A stretch of 54,050 bases of DNA, filler included, from Ionaspis alba (lineage: Eukaryota), in assembly GCA_964255285.1 (NCBI GenBank). It is 2 parts of 2 records of this genome, joined end to end, with 100 filler letters (N's around TTAATTAATTAA, not from the genome) between each part and the next. Parts side by side here need not be neighbours in the genome. Positions count along the whole stretch, not along the records: positions 1 to 27,025 come from CAXUUL010000140.1; positions 27,126 to 54,050 come from CAXUUL010000141.1. One strand, given 5' to 3'. A program made the translations under genes and the position numbers. Positions 26,050 through 38,700 of the stretch are shown here, piece after piece. Under the pieces are notes generated by a model. That model had not been told where the DNA came from and made no database searches. It saw only the letters and a list, made by a program, of their open reading frames with translations. Every line of letters starts with the position of its first letter. Position 1 is the first letter of the stretch.

Positions 26050-26702
26050 AACCGTGGAGGACTGCAAAACGAGGTCCGTAACACCTTCGAATCGGCCGAC
26101 GAGATCACCTTCCGGTCTATCGGTATGTCAGGGCGCTTGCCATATCTCGACGCCGTAATTCAAGAAACTTTTCGATGCTATCCATCACTCCCAGCCGCCC
26201 TACCACGCATTACAGGTCTAGGAGGAGCAACTATCGATGGAAATTATGTTCCTGGGAATGTGCGTAGAATTGGTAGCTAAAATCTGTCTTCACACTGACG
26301 CCAACTCGACAGGTTTCTGTTGGAGTGCATCAGTGGTCCACCTATCGCTGTGCCGAAAATTTCACAGCACCAGACGAGTTCATCCCCGAACGTTGGCTAT
26401 CGAACGCACCGCAGAGGTTTTATAACGACAAGAGAGAGGCGCTGCAGCCTTTTCATACAGGCCCTAGAGCCTGCATTGGGAAAAGGTAAGTGCTCCGATG
26501 GTAGAGTAATACGGCCAACAGAGCTCTAACGTATTGGTTCAGTCTTGCCTATTTTGGGATCCGATCCATTCTGACTCGGATATTATGGCATTTTGAGATA
26601 CAACTCGAGGATGAGAGTAAAGGCTGGCTAGACAAACAAAAGGAATACGCCCTATGGGACAAACCATCGCTGTGGGTACGATTTAAGCATCGGGTGACCT
26701 GA
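26050..26702 (+). pseudogene. 5'-truncated cytochrome P450 (CYP65/TRI11-like C-terminal third)
   Basis: Exons about 26050-26259, 26313-26485, 26543-26702 give LQNEVRNTFESADEITF..LPYLDAVIQETFR (ExxR), FIPERW, QPFHTGPRACIG (heme Cys) and LWDKPSL. An in-frame TAG lies at 26020 and no convincing N-terminal two-thirds was found upstream. Confidence 0.8.
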
Positions 26703-26928
26703 GGGACTTTCAGAGTGATATTTACGTCGGAAAACTTTCTGTATCCGTTTTTTAGTTCTAACAATCACCGTCACGGTGTCAAATGTACTCAAAAATATAT
26801 TTCTCTATTTCCAAAACCTCACTAAGAGCATACCATCTTTTTCGCAATCTTCGCAATCCTCCTTTACTCGACCGTGGCCCTGACCCCTTTAGTTTCCAAC
26901 CTGGGCAGTGGCACGAGGAAATCATGGA

Positions 26929-26969
26929 TGTGATCGGTGCCAGTGTGATCGGTGTCAGTGTGATCGGTC
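26929..26969 (+). repeat. 15-bp tandem repeat TGTGATCGGTGYCAG x about 2.7
   Basis: Read directly from sequence. Confidence 0.8.
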
Positions 26970-27025
26970 CTATATAGTTGAAGCTTTGGGGCGCCAGGCC
27001 GGAACAACACCGCCAGCGTCAGGCT

Positions 27026-27125
27026 NNNNNNNNNNNNNNNNNNNNNNNNNNNNNNNNNNNNNNNNNNNNTTAATTAATTAANNNNNNNNNNNNNNNNNNN
27101 NNNNNNNNNNNNNNNNNNNNNNNNN
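27026..27125. other. Scaffold gap with artificial six-frame stop linker TTAATTAATTAA
   Basis: N44-TTAATTAATTAA(27070-27081)-N44, the typical form of a contig-joining spacer. Confidence 0.9.
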
Positions 27126-27667
27126 GGGTTTGACGGGCCCTACGGTTTGTGGAGCCGACTGGCTATGGATGGAAAGACGTCGATATCATGACAGGATTGA
27201 TGGATTCTATAGCGATTGCGAGCGTGGTATCACGTTTCAGCCCGTTCGAGCATTAGAGGTGGAGAACGAGAATATTCGCGATCCAAGTAGCCATGGTCCA
27301 AGATGTTCCCATGCCACAATCGATGTAATCACTTGATCATGCCAACTTCACCCAAGTCGCTGTTTGCGATTCCACCATTCCACGACTCATGTGTTCTACT
27401 CAGGCGTTACAGCTCGTTCCGAACCACCTATTTCATTCTTCCGCGCAGGGGAGTCTGTGAAGGAGCACACCACGACGAGAACGACCTGGAAAGCAAGACG
27501 GGAGTTGCAGCCAGGGCGATCAAAGATTCCGAAGATGATTGTTTTGGTACAGATGCCATGGTACAGCCATTGCTAATCCGCTCCATCGCCGACTTTTTGC
27601 CTTTCACCGTTGTTCAAACAGTGCCGTAGAACGGTACATCTCCACCTTCACGTCAAGCATGTTATCC

Positions 27668-28252
27668 TCACATCTTCGACTTCACCTCTTCCTTCTTGCC
27701 CATAGCCTGCCCCTTCAAATCTGATGCCTTGCCTTGGGCCTTCCCGGCCAATTCCTGGGCTGTGCCTTGAGCCTTTCCAGCCATCTCCTGAGCTGTACCC
27801 TGAGCCTTTCCAGCCATCTCTTGAGTTGTGCCCTTTGCCTCACCGGCCATATGGGAAGCTTCCCCTTCGGCTTTCGCGGTATTGATGCCGGCAGTGGATT
27901 TGATTGCTGCAGTCGCTTGTTCTAAACATTGAAACCATCTTTAGTTACAGATTCCAAGATTTGCTCGACGGAACGTGATGAGGTTGTCGTGGACGCGGTA
28001 CAGACTACAGGCATGGCTTGGGACAAAACCCAGGGAGCTCGGTCGTGTGACGAAAACAATTGGCGATGACTTACCGCCCTTTTCAAGACCCTTCACGGCG
28101 GCATCTGAGACTTTTCGATCTACTGCCTTGAGGGTATCCTTCGCAGCATCAACAGCAGACTTTTGTGCTCGGACCGAGGTGGAGAAGGTAGCTCGTGAAG
28201 TATGTCGCGTGGTGCGGAATGCAGTTGCGGCGGTTCTCGTGAGGAAAGACAT
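27668..28252 (-). CDS. LEA-like hydrophilin with probable mitochondrial presequence (143 aa)
   Basis: Exons 28252-28075 and 27921-27668. Arg/Thr-rich, acid-free N-terminus MSFLTRTAATAFRTTRHTSR. Conserved DAAKDTLKAVDRKVSDAAVKG. 11-mer repeats (AQEMAGKAQGT). Confidence 0.85.
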
Positions 28253-29386
28253 GATGGTTGATGTGTAGATGTATTGGAAATAGTTCGAAGTGGCGCAAGA
28301 GTTATCTTTATTGTTTTGGATGTTTAATGGTAATGGTGCTTAAGGGGTGGGAAAGCGGGCAAAGGTGGAGAATTAGCATGCTGGGGTGAACTCACCTTGA
28401 TGTCATCGCCAAGTCTTGCAGGTATGGACTCGGTGTCGAAGTTGTCTCAAGAGCCTCTGCAGCTCCGAGCCCTACACGTACAAGTAGTTGCATCACAGGA
28501 GCATTATAATGGATAGATTTCCACAGGCATTCGATCCCACAGCCTATCAATCTAGCGATTCGGCACCGCCGCCTTCTGCTGCGATTCTTTCAGCAGCAAA
28601 CCGAGGATGAACAATATAGAAGCTCTTGTGGAACGATTGGCCATGCTTAGCGTAGATACAGCATTTTGCCTGTACCGGGACGTTGATTGCTGCCTGAATC
28701 GCCACCTGATCTGTATCCGTGGTAACATGATAGACTCAAGCTGCAACATTGTTTGCATCCCAGGCACATAACGTGAATGCTAGGCTGCCAAATGCAGCAT
28801 CTTGGCATCCCAACACCCGTTGACGAGCGGTGCAGCTGGTGGCCAATCGTACAACCTCTCCAGTATCGATTCAGCGACGAACATCCCATTGCACACCAAC
28901 CGTCCAGTCGGTACAAACTCTGAGTAGGTTGTCCGACTACTATCACGATCACCATCATTATCATCATCATATTCTATTGTCCCAAGTTTAGCATTTCCAA
29001 AGGCTAGATACCAGATGCACTTATCAACGGCACCCCGAGTTGGCGATAAGCTAATTGAGGAGATGATGACTACGCGCACAGAGTGAAGTATCCAGCCATC
29101 TTGGATGATCCGTAGCCACTGTCCTTCGTGTCCTTCTGCATACCAGCTTCCCCTACCGGCGTCGAATAAGCCTTCAGACTGCCTTGACCAAAGGATGAAA
29201 TTGGTCGTGTGCACAGCCACGGAGCCTTATCTGACGGATTACAGCTGAGTCGAACATATATCCACAGCGTTGGCTGTAACTGCTGTCAAGTACTCGGTCA
29301 TGACCTCAATCCTGAGATCCATCTTCCAGAAATGCAAATCGCTTCTCTCTTCTTTCTTTCAAGAGAGTCCGGCCACAACCACAAAC

Positions 29387-30847
29387 ATGTTTGATCTCGT
29401 CCATGGCTTGGACCGTACCAAAGTCATTCGCGAGAATCTCCAGACCGACTTCGGCAGGCCTAACGACCTCAAAACATGGAGAGAAACCGGCCAACAGTTC
29501 AAATTCGTTCGTCAGGGTATCGAACAGTGTCCCCTCTTTACCATGAGTGATTCAGAAATTGTGAAAATGTTCGGAGACGCTTTCGAGCCAGAGTTCAGCC
29601 GCCTCAGGAATGCATCGCCCACCATTGAGTCTAGTCCGGTCAAAGCCTCGGGAGCCTTTGGGGTGTTCAATCTTTCGCCATCACAGCTCTTGTTTCGAGC
29701 AGATTATGCGGAAGTCAACAGAACCATCGTTGGCATGCTTGCTCTCAAATGGATCATCTCTGGCGATTACGAATCCTTTACAGCTTACCAGACTCCTCCG
29801 GTAAAACTACGACAAGAATCATTCGATCAACTTCGAGAACTCTTTTTCGAAGCACTCAAGATAGACGAGTACGTCTATTCTCTGATTGTTTCGATGCTTG
29901 TGAACGATCTCGGAAAGGACCCAAGTCTGCGCAGTGATATAGCACCTTTGATCGAACAGTACGGTTACCCTGCACATCCAAACCATGATATGGTTGTCTA
30001 CATTGCTAGCGTTCATGGTGGAATCCCGTTGATCAACGAATTCGAAGGCAGGCAAACCCTGGCGGACCTTCAGCTAGGTCTTCGTTTCGGCTCGGAGCTG
30101 AACATGGGGCAACTCGCTCAGGCCGAGAATATTCCTGGTAGCATGGAGAAGGCGATGGCCATGATGGACGGCCATCGCCAAGCCTTCGACCTCAAGTTCA
30201 TGGAACTCATCCTCGATGTTGCCGGAGCCGCTGGCCACGATGATGCTCGCTGCGCCAAAGCAATGGTTGAACCTGTTTTCCAAACGTACATGACGACTAG
30301 ACAAGCACTATTGGATATCTTGGATGGCAAAGCCAATCTGGAAGGTGGCTATAACTATATCCTTGATCAGCGAGGGCAATTGCTTCAGCAACTAGGCTTT
30401 CAATCATTGTCTGTGGAGATACCGGCTGAACGTGCCCTTCTTCGTCTGCTGACAATGTCCCGAACAGCCACGAAGCAACAAGCAGAACTCGTCGCGGATG
30501 GCTTCCTCCGTCTGCCGGCGAATGTACGTCAAGCTCTGATCGATGGATTAAGTGTGACAGGACTCAATGATGGCACAGCGATCCTGCCTTATTACATGCC
30601 TGCTCTCTTCGCCGAGACCATCAAAGCCACCAAAACCGCCGGTACCGAAATCAAATTGGTTGCACTAACCTGTCTTATGCATTTTCTTGCCCGCGTCTAC
30701 CGTGGCACCAAGCCTATGCCTGGACAGCCTGGCAGGGTCGTCGAGTACGACGTGTCCTTTGCGAAAAGCGTCATTCAGAGTAGTGACTTCCTGTTTGATC
30801 CTAAAATCCTCGATGGAATCAAACTGCCTGATTCTACGCTGAGTTAG
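29387..30847 (+). CDS. Intronless uncharacterised alpha-helical protein with an HD-like motif (486 aa; alternative start 29300)
   Basis: Long open frame with good start context (AAACATG at 29387). Motifs SMLVNDLGKD, PNHDMV, LNMGQLAQAENIPGS, LKFMELILDVAGAAGH. Confidence 0.8.
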   Translation: MFDLVHGLDRTKVIRENLQTDFGRPNDLKTWRETGQQFKFVRQGIEQCPLFTMSDSEIVKMFGDAFEPEFSRLRNASPTIESSPVKASGAFGVFNLSPSQLLFRADYAEVNRTIVGMLALKWIISGDYESFTAYQTPPVKLRQESFDQLRELFFEALKIDEYVYSLIVSMLVNDLGKDPSLRSDIAPLIEQYGYPAHPNHDMVVYIASVHGGIPLINEFEGRQTLADLQLGLRFGSELNMGQLAQAENIPGSMEKAMAMMDGHRQAFDLKFMELILDVAGAAGHDDARCAKAMVEPVFQTYMTTRQALLDILDGKANLEGGYNYILDQRGQLLQQLGFQSLSVEIPAERALLRLLTMSRTATKQQAELVADGFLRLPANVRQALIDGLSVTGLNDGTAILPYYMPALFAETIKATKTAGTEIKLVALTCLMHFLARVYRGTKPMPGQPGRVVEYDVSFAKSVIQSSDFLFDPKILDGIKLPDSTLS

Positions 30848-31415
30848 CCTTTGGACATGGTGATGGGCTGAGCTTGGTAGATACTCTCTGCACTGTTGAT
30901 CCTCTTCTCGAGCTTTCCGCTGGAAGATCAGCCTTCCTAGGCGTGGCGCAAGTTCTTCGGAAGCTTATCAATGCTAGCGTGGGAGCGGCCGGCCCGTTAC
31001 TTGGATTCCAGACCGTCATCGTCTTTGATACGGCGCTGGGGCCGAAATAAAGGGAATATCGAACGGATGCCGGAGCTGCGGAGGTTATTCTGCTGGTACA
31101 GGAGTGAAACAGTGGCGTCTCGGCGTGATACTCAGGCTTTTGTGCGAGAGACTGGAGCTCGTGGACTTCGAAAGGGATGAGATTTCGTATGTGCTATGGC
31201 TGATGATCTTTTGGATACTACCTACCAACACATGCTGGGTTTCTCTGAATCCAGTGATGCATCACACTCTGTCAAACCGACTGTCCTCTGATGGGTCCAT
31301 TCCACTATCTGTAATGGTAGGTTTCACTTGGACAGGGACTTCTCAATTGTGTTCTCACTTTCGACTCCTACAATATCTCCATATTAGATTCCTATGCAGC
31401 ATTGCACTGGCCTTC

Positions 31416-32682
<1,267 letters not shown>

Positions 32683-33149
32683 AGGATAACGCTTGATTGA
32701 CTCGTGAAGTAGAAGTCAAAGAGTGGTGAGTAGATGGAACGGTCCACAGAAGCTTGGAGACTCTTGGTAGAGGATCCTTTGAGGCTGCCTTTGGGCCAAT
32801 CTAAGCTTGTCGGCGGCCCCACTCTTCGACACACATACACATCTGAACTACTGCAAGTCATGTTACTCACCGTTGATTGATTGCCTCAGGGCACAGCTGT
32901 GACTTGAATGATCTGAACATCTGTGTCACCATGGCGTCTGGCTCCAATAAATGAATTGCCAATGACTCGATGCGGAGCGTTACTGTCGACCAGTTCCATC
33001 TCCACTCATCAATGATTCACTAGCTCCAGCAAGCACAAAGATCTCGATACCACTTAGCAACAACGGAGCTCTAGATTCTATGCTTACTATATCTCGCTCT
33101 TCTTCAAGAGCCACTCACCTTCCTCGACCAATCTACAGAAACTTCAACC

Positions 33150-33986
33150 ATGCAGTCAGCCGACCTCCCTTCACCTGCCGCTGCGGCCGCCTTCAGCTCG
33201 CCGAAGCGCAAAAGAGATCTGGACGAAATGGACGACGTCTCGCCCAGCGCTATTCGTATTCGAACAGACCTACCTTGTAGACCTTCAGGGCAGGACCCAA
33301 CCGAAGGTGGAAGTCCAAGGACAACAGTGGCAGGTCGCTTACAAGGTCTCGATCTCGACGATTCGGTGTCGATGACCAAGATCAGCTTTCGAGGATCTTC
33401 AGAGGACCAAACAGAGCCATCAAGCACCGAAAATCAGACTGGAGACCCTGATATGGGCACATCGCTATCCTTCACTGGTGACACGTCTCAGCCCGAGGTG
33501 GCAAAGACCACACCGATGACTACTGCAGGATTAGAGAGTGCCTGCATATTTTTGCAGACGCAAGCTCCCCTGAAGACGCTGGCCTTCGAACTCCCCGAGA
33601 CACCTCAACTCAAACCAAGCATACCAGCGAGCCACCGCACAATCTCGCCTCTCTCCACCCCCAGTCGCCGGAAGTCTCCACCACCACCGTTTCCTGCGTC
33701 TGCCAGTCTCTCCTGGCAGGAATCGGAAATAACAGGTCACGATCCGCAAGATCTGCTGGACGATGGCTATGGTATCAACGGCATTGGATTCCGGCCTACC
33801 CCGGCCATGGCTTATGCGAGGGCGCAACGACGTAAACAGCAGGTTGCGGAATGGAAGAGTCGAGAGGCGAGGGAGGCGAGGCAGAAGCGGAGCGAGCAGA
33901 GGAGGCTGAGGGAGGGCAGTCTGGAGGGTAGCAGAGGTGCCAGGGTCGAGGGGATGAGAAGAGTGAGGTTTCAGGTTGAGGGTTAG
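33150..33986 (+). CDS. Conserved fungal hypothetical protein (278 aa), low-complexity N-terminus and basic C-terminal helix
   Basis: Intronless ORF with WQESEITGHDP..DDGYGINGIGFRPTPAMAYARAQRRKQQVAEWKSREAREARQKRSEQRR, a motif I recognise from Pezizomycotina hypothetical proteins. NLS-like PKRKR. Confidence 0.8.
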   Translation: MQSADLPSPAAAAAFSSPKRKRDLDEMDDVSPSAIRIRTDLPCRPSGQDPTEGGSPRTTVAGRLQGLDLDDSVSMTKISFRGSSEDQTEPSSTENQTGDPDMGTSLSFTGDTSQPEVAKTTPMTTAGLESACIFLQTQAPLKTLAFELPETPQLKPSIPASHRTISPLSTPSRRKSPPPPFPASASLSWQESEITGHDPQDLLDDGYGINGIGFRPTPAMAYARAQRRKQQVAEWKSREAREARQKRSEQRRLREGSLEGSRGARVEGMRRVRFQVEG

Positions 33987-34374
33987 AGATCTGGCGCTGA
34001 ATGGATATGAGCAACAACGGGGATTATGATTATACAGAGGAACTCCATGGGATACCACGCCATCAGTATGGCATTCACGATATGCATTACGATCACAGAA
34101 TTATGGATAAGGTCTTGAAGACCGGATTATGCTATATAGATATGGGTTTGGGTCTGCTGGATATCAGGGAAGTGGGCCTTTAAAAGGGGAGTTCTTTGAC
34201 GCATCCTGATTCAATACATCAACAATGAATATGGGACATTCTATCTGTAAAGACCTCCGCTTGTGACCTGGTAGAGATCGACCATCCTTTGATTTATATG
34301 TCGCTCCCAATTCCTAGGCCCCTAGTTCAACATCGGCCTTGCCATTCTCTTGCCCCGGCTTCTGCTCCCGAACA

Positions 34375-35118
34375 TCATCCATAACCCAATCCCCACCATT
34401 TCGATTTTTTCCTCCTCTCTTCCTCTTCCTTCTTCTGTTCCTCCTCTTCTCTCTTCTTCCGCCTTTCGGCTCTTATCTGCTCCTTCATTCTCTCCTTCTC
34501 AACCTTCTTCCTCTCAATAATCTCAGCGGCCCGCTCCATCCCCTTCCGCTCCAGTGCCCGCTTCCGTTTACAGAACTCATAAGTTCCCGCCGAGCTGAAA
34601 CAGAACGATCCGATTGCTAAGGACATAGCTCGCCACATGGTTGCTAAGAAAGGGACCTATCAGCCCTAATCTCAAAAGCAGGCTACCAGCGGTCGCTCTT
34701 GCTCTAGCTTATGTAGAAGCAACACCATGATCTCAGAATATCAAAGAATGTAGAGACGAGTCCACTAACCCCCTAATATTATCCTTACCCCACCAAACGC
34801 AAAGCCTCCCCCGATCCCTATTAATAGCGCGTCCCGCACGCATGGTTTTGTATGCACTTCTTTGATATCTTGCCACCGTATCGATTTCAGCCCATCGAGA
34901 ATGGTAGCCTCGCGGACGCGCCCGCCAGCGGTATTAGTGCTACCACCAGGGATAGCATTGGCGTTTTCAGGGGCGGGGATAGAAGGCTGGGTAGCGATGG
35001 GGCAAGGAGCGGAGAATGTTTCGATTTTGCCGTAATAGGGGACGTTGGGGGAGGACTCGGTAGTGGTTGAACCATCAGAGGAAGGGGAAGATGGGGTCGG
35101 AGGAGGATTTTTGGGCAT
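34375..35118 (-). CDS. COX20: Cytochrome c oxidase assembly chaperone COX20 (205 aa)
   Basis: Exons 35118-34770 and 34643-34375. PCVRDALLIGIGGGFAFGGVR and AIGSF..YEFCKRKR flank two TM segments. Charged tail. Confidence 0.88.
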
Positions 35119-35763
35119 TGTTAGCGTTCAATGCGTACTTGAGACTTGGTATCTAGCAACAATGTAGAGTATCTAGTCTGAGAAAGCAGCTTCAATGTAT
35201 TATAGGGCTGAGAATTGAACGTTTTGGCTAGCCACGGGCGAATTCTCAGAGCTCAAGAAAAATCGTACGCTATTGACAGAATGCTCCATTAAACTAGGAG
35301 GTTGCACTATTTGTCATCTCTATTTCACGAAGTGGGTCGCCATCTAGTCCAACTCGAAAAGATTGTCAGTCTCGAAGAGGAAACGGACACTGCTATTTAC
35401 CGGACACAGCATCCCAGAACGATACCACGTTGAATAATGGTATTAATACGACTCTACTATGATCCAAAATTATCTGATTTTTGTCGTAAATGCATGGGTG
35501 TAGAGATCTTTCTTGGCCTCCATACCATTCCCAACTCCATATCTCTTCCGCAGTCCCGTTTGTAAATGCGAGATGTGTTTTTTCGGTCATTCAATGCAAG
35601 ACCCACGAGTTCAGATTTCCACAACGGTGTAAGTGCCAGTCTTTGAAATGATGCCCAGAACAAACGGAGTCATACACTCACAGTAATCAGGTTTACCAGG
35701 TTCAGACACCAAATATTCACTGCCCACGTCGCCTCCGTCTCCCTCCAGGAGTTGTTGCCCAGC

Positions 35764-38700
35764 TCATCGCTGCAGATCCCTCACAGAAGGAATGCGGTTC
35801 AACTCCGGGTAAGGTAGCGGCAAACCCTTTTGTTCTTCGAGCGGGCGCCAAATCCCCAAATCGTCCACGCTGTCCAAGCCTTCGAATTCCTCCCTCCCAT
35901 ACTCATCTCCAATATCCTCCCTCCTAAGAGCACCACCCTCCTGCTCAACCCCATTCATCCTCTCCGACCCTTCACCACTCCCCCTCCCACTTCTCAATCC
36001 TCTCTCCTTTAACACCCCTTCCCAAGCCTTCCACCTAGCCCTTGCATCTTCCAGCCTCACAGGCTCGAACTCTCCAAACACCACTTCCCCGCCCTCTCCG
36101 AACGGTGCGATGCCCAAGCCGCCTTCCTCTTCAACGGCAACGCCCGGACCAGAACCGTGTCTGGACATTGGCCTGGATGCCGATGCCGATAGAGACATGG
36201 CTGCAGGTGGGAAATGCTCTGTTCTGTTGGGAAAGAAATGGAAGGATGCGGAGCCTTGATGCTGACCTCTAACGCCTGGATATACGCTCGCGTTAGCTGC
36301 CCATTCACCTGTGCCCTCGAGCAGGTCTCGACTACTCGGACCAGCTTCGTAGCTTCCGACCTCGACCGGATGTGAGTAAGCTGTTTTGGGCGATTTGCGA
36401 AGTGGGGAGCCATCCGGTAATCGAGACCGTGGCGAGGCATTGTCGGGCCCGATCGCGGAGATGTAAGGAGACCCTGGTGGATATTGTGGAAAGGCGGGTT
36501 CGGTGGCTGTGCCGGAAAAGTTTGAGTTGTGGGAATGATCTCGGGAAAGGGGCTGCGAGTAGTAGCCTGAGGGAAAGGAGGACGAGCCCGGGTTGAAGGG
36601 TGTGGAGGGTACGAAGTTACGTTTGATGGATCCCGCGGAGGTGGGAGTAGCGTAGCCCTGGGTGATCATGATGTTGGGCTCATAGGGGAGAGGGCGAGGA
36701 TAGGAACCTGTAAGTTGGGCGGGGGAATAGTGGGGCTCGTCGGGTTCGTCGTGGGACTGATAGTCAGAGGGTGGAAAGTTTGGCGACGACCGATTTTGTG
36801 AGAAGGCTTGCTCAGAGGCTTCGACAGAATTCGTACTATTGTGACGGGATCTTGAAGATGCTATGTAGGGTTTTGAGAGCGAGGAGAGAACAAACCGGCC
36901 CTTGTAAGATGACTCTTGTGCGTTACTCGATCGACTTAGCACATTTTCACGTGTCCGCCCTCGCTCTCCATCAGACGATGGTGGCGATGGGGGAATCTGT
37001 TTCGATGTTGATGTTTCCCTTGCAGAAGACGGAGATCGAGTATGCTGGCCGGCTGCTGCCTTAGCATAAGTCGCTTGAATCGGCGTGGCAGTTACAGGAC
37101 GACTCGAGGGGCTTCGTGACCAGCTCAAGCCTCCACCTCGAGACGGAGGTGGACTTGCACGGTGGATGGTGGTCAATGAACTCACTGCTTCAGAGGGACC
37201 CGTCAAATTGCCTTGCGACTCTCCAGGTCGGGGGACCACAGACCCTATTGCATGGCCGCGATCGACCTTTACTCTGGCTGGTACTCGGCGGAAGCTGCTG
37301 CCAGGAAGAACGGGTCTTCTCGGCTTCCTGGCTGGAGGAACTACTTTCCAGCCTCCACCTTCGCTCCCTGTGCTCACAGCACGTGGGCGCAACGTTGAAT
37401 CGGACAGACCCTTTTCCATAGGGTAGGAACCCTGTCCGTCGTTGTCGTAGAAAATGGGGAAACGGGAGTGGGGGCTGTGATCTAAGATTCTCGGACCGAC
37501 CATCGGGGAAGTCGTCCCAATACTTCTAGGAGAATCAATGGAAGGCTTGTCTAGCTCTATGCCATATTGGTTTTGGTTGTTCAAAGGCAATGGCGTCGGG
37601 CGATAACCAGGAGTTCTGATATCTGGAGCCGAGTGTCCCGAACTCGAACTGCTGCTGGTCCTGTCAAAGACTGAAACCTGGAATTCAGCTCGGTCAACAC
37701 TCTCTTGTGACGAGCCGGGCTCCCGAGCGTGAATTTCGTTGTTTATGACCGCCAGGACCGGGTCGAGCTCTTCTCGGATAGGTGTCAAATCCTGGTTTTT
37801 GCTCTCATATGCGAGCGAATGCTCACGTAGCCTTGCTCCGTGCACAAGGTATTCTCGGTAGTCAGAGACTCGACCGCGTTCCGATCGTCCCTTGATCCTG
37901 AGGTCGGCCTCACGGAATGAATGACAGAATAATTTGACAGCATAAGTCAACCATATTGGAAGCATCTTTAGAGAATTGAGATTGTCGCGGCAAAATCCTT
38001 GGACGACGCTATGCATTTTGAGCATGTCAATCGGCTCCGGCTCTACCAGACTGTCTCGACTGCTTGACATCGAGTCCTTGTCGTCTGGCTCGTTGCGTTC
38101 GATCAGTGCATGGCGCATGAGGATCGCAAATGTGATATTAAGGTCCGGCTTCTCTCCGTTTTCGCTCGATCTGACTTCAACCCCTTCATATCGAAGAGTA
38201 CGGATCCCGAGATGGACGAGTTCTACTGGCAGATGTGGTCCATAGAAGCAAAGAATGTTGATGAGATTGTGTGCTTCCATATGGTCACTAGCCCTCAAAT
38301 CGTCCATAATCTTGCGGTACGTAGATCCAAGTTTTGGGTCTTCCGAGAAGGATTTGAGGTTATATCTCTCCAGGGGCTCATGCGTATACGCAATGCGATG
38401 GCTGATGGCATTGATGGCCATCGGGAGACAGTCAACCTTCTTGACCAGTTCTGTCGCGCTCTTAATCTGTGCATCTCGGGGTTTCGGTATCGGGATTTCC
38501 TGGAAGAGTAGTTTACGAGCATCCTCCTCCTTCAGCGGCGGCACTTTGATGGCGTATGGTCGAAGAAGTCTTTGTAAATTTTCCAGTCTCTTCGCCCTTG
38601 AGACATAAATTAGACTGCAATTCTTGCTATCTGGCACGAACTTTTGTAGCTCTGTGATATCATCGTCATTCTCTACCGTAACACCATCGAATACCAGTAG

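Noticed and set aside
27130..27629. Short ORFs right of the linker gap
   Set aside because: No recognisable protein features; may be a gene fragment cut by the gap but cannot be supported.
28552..29220. Minus-strand ORFs with an LHLAA ankyrin-like word
   Set aside because: A single short motif followed by a stop; no further ankyrin consensus or coherent gene model.
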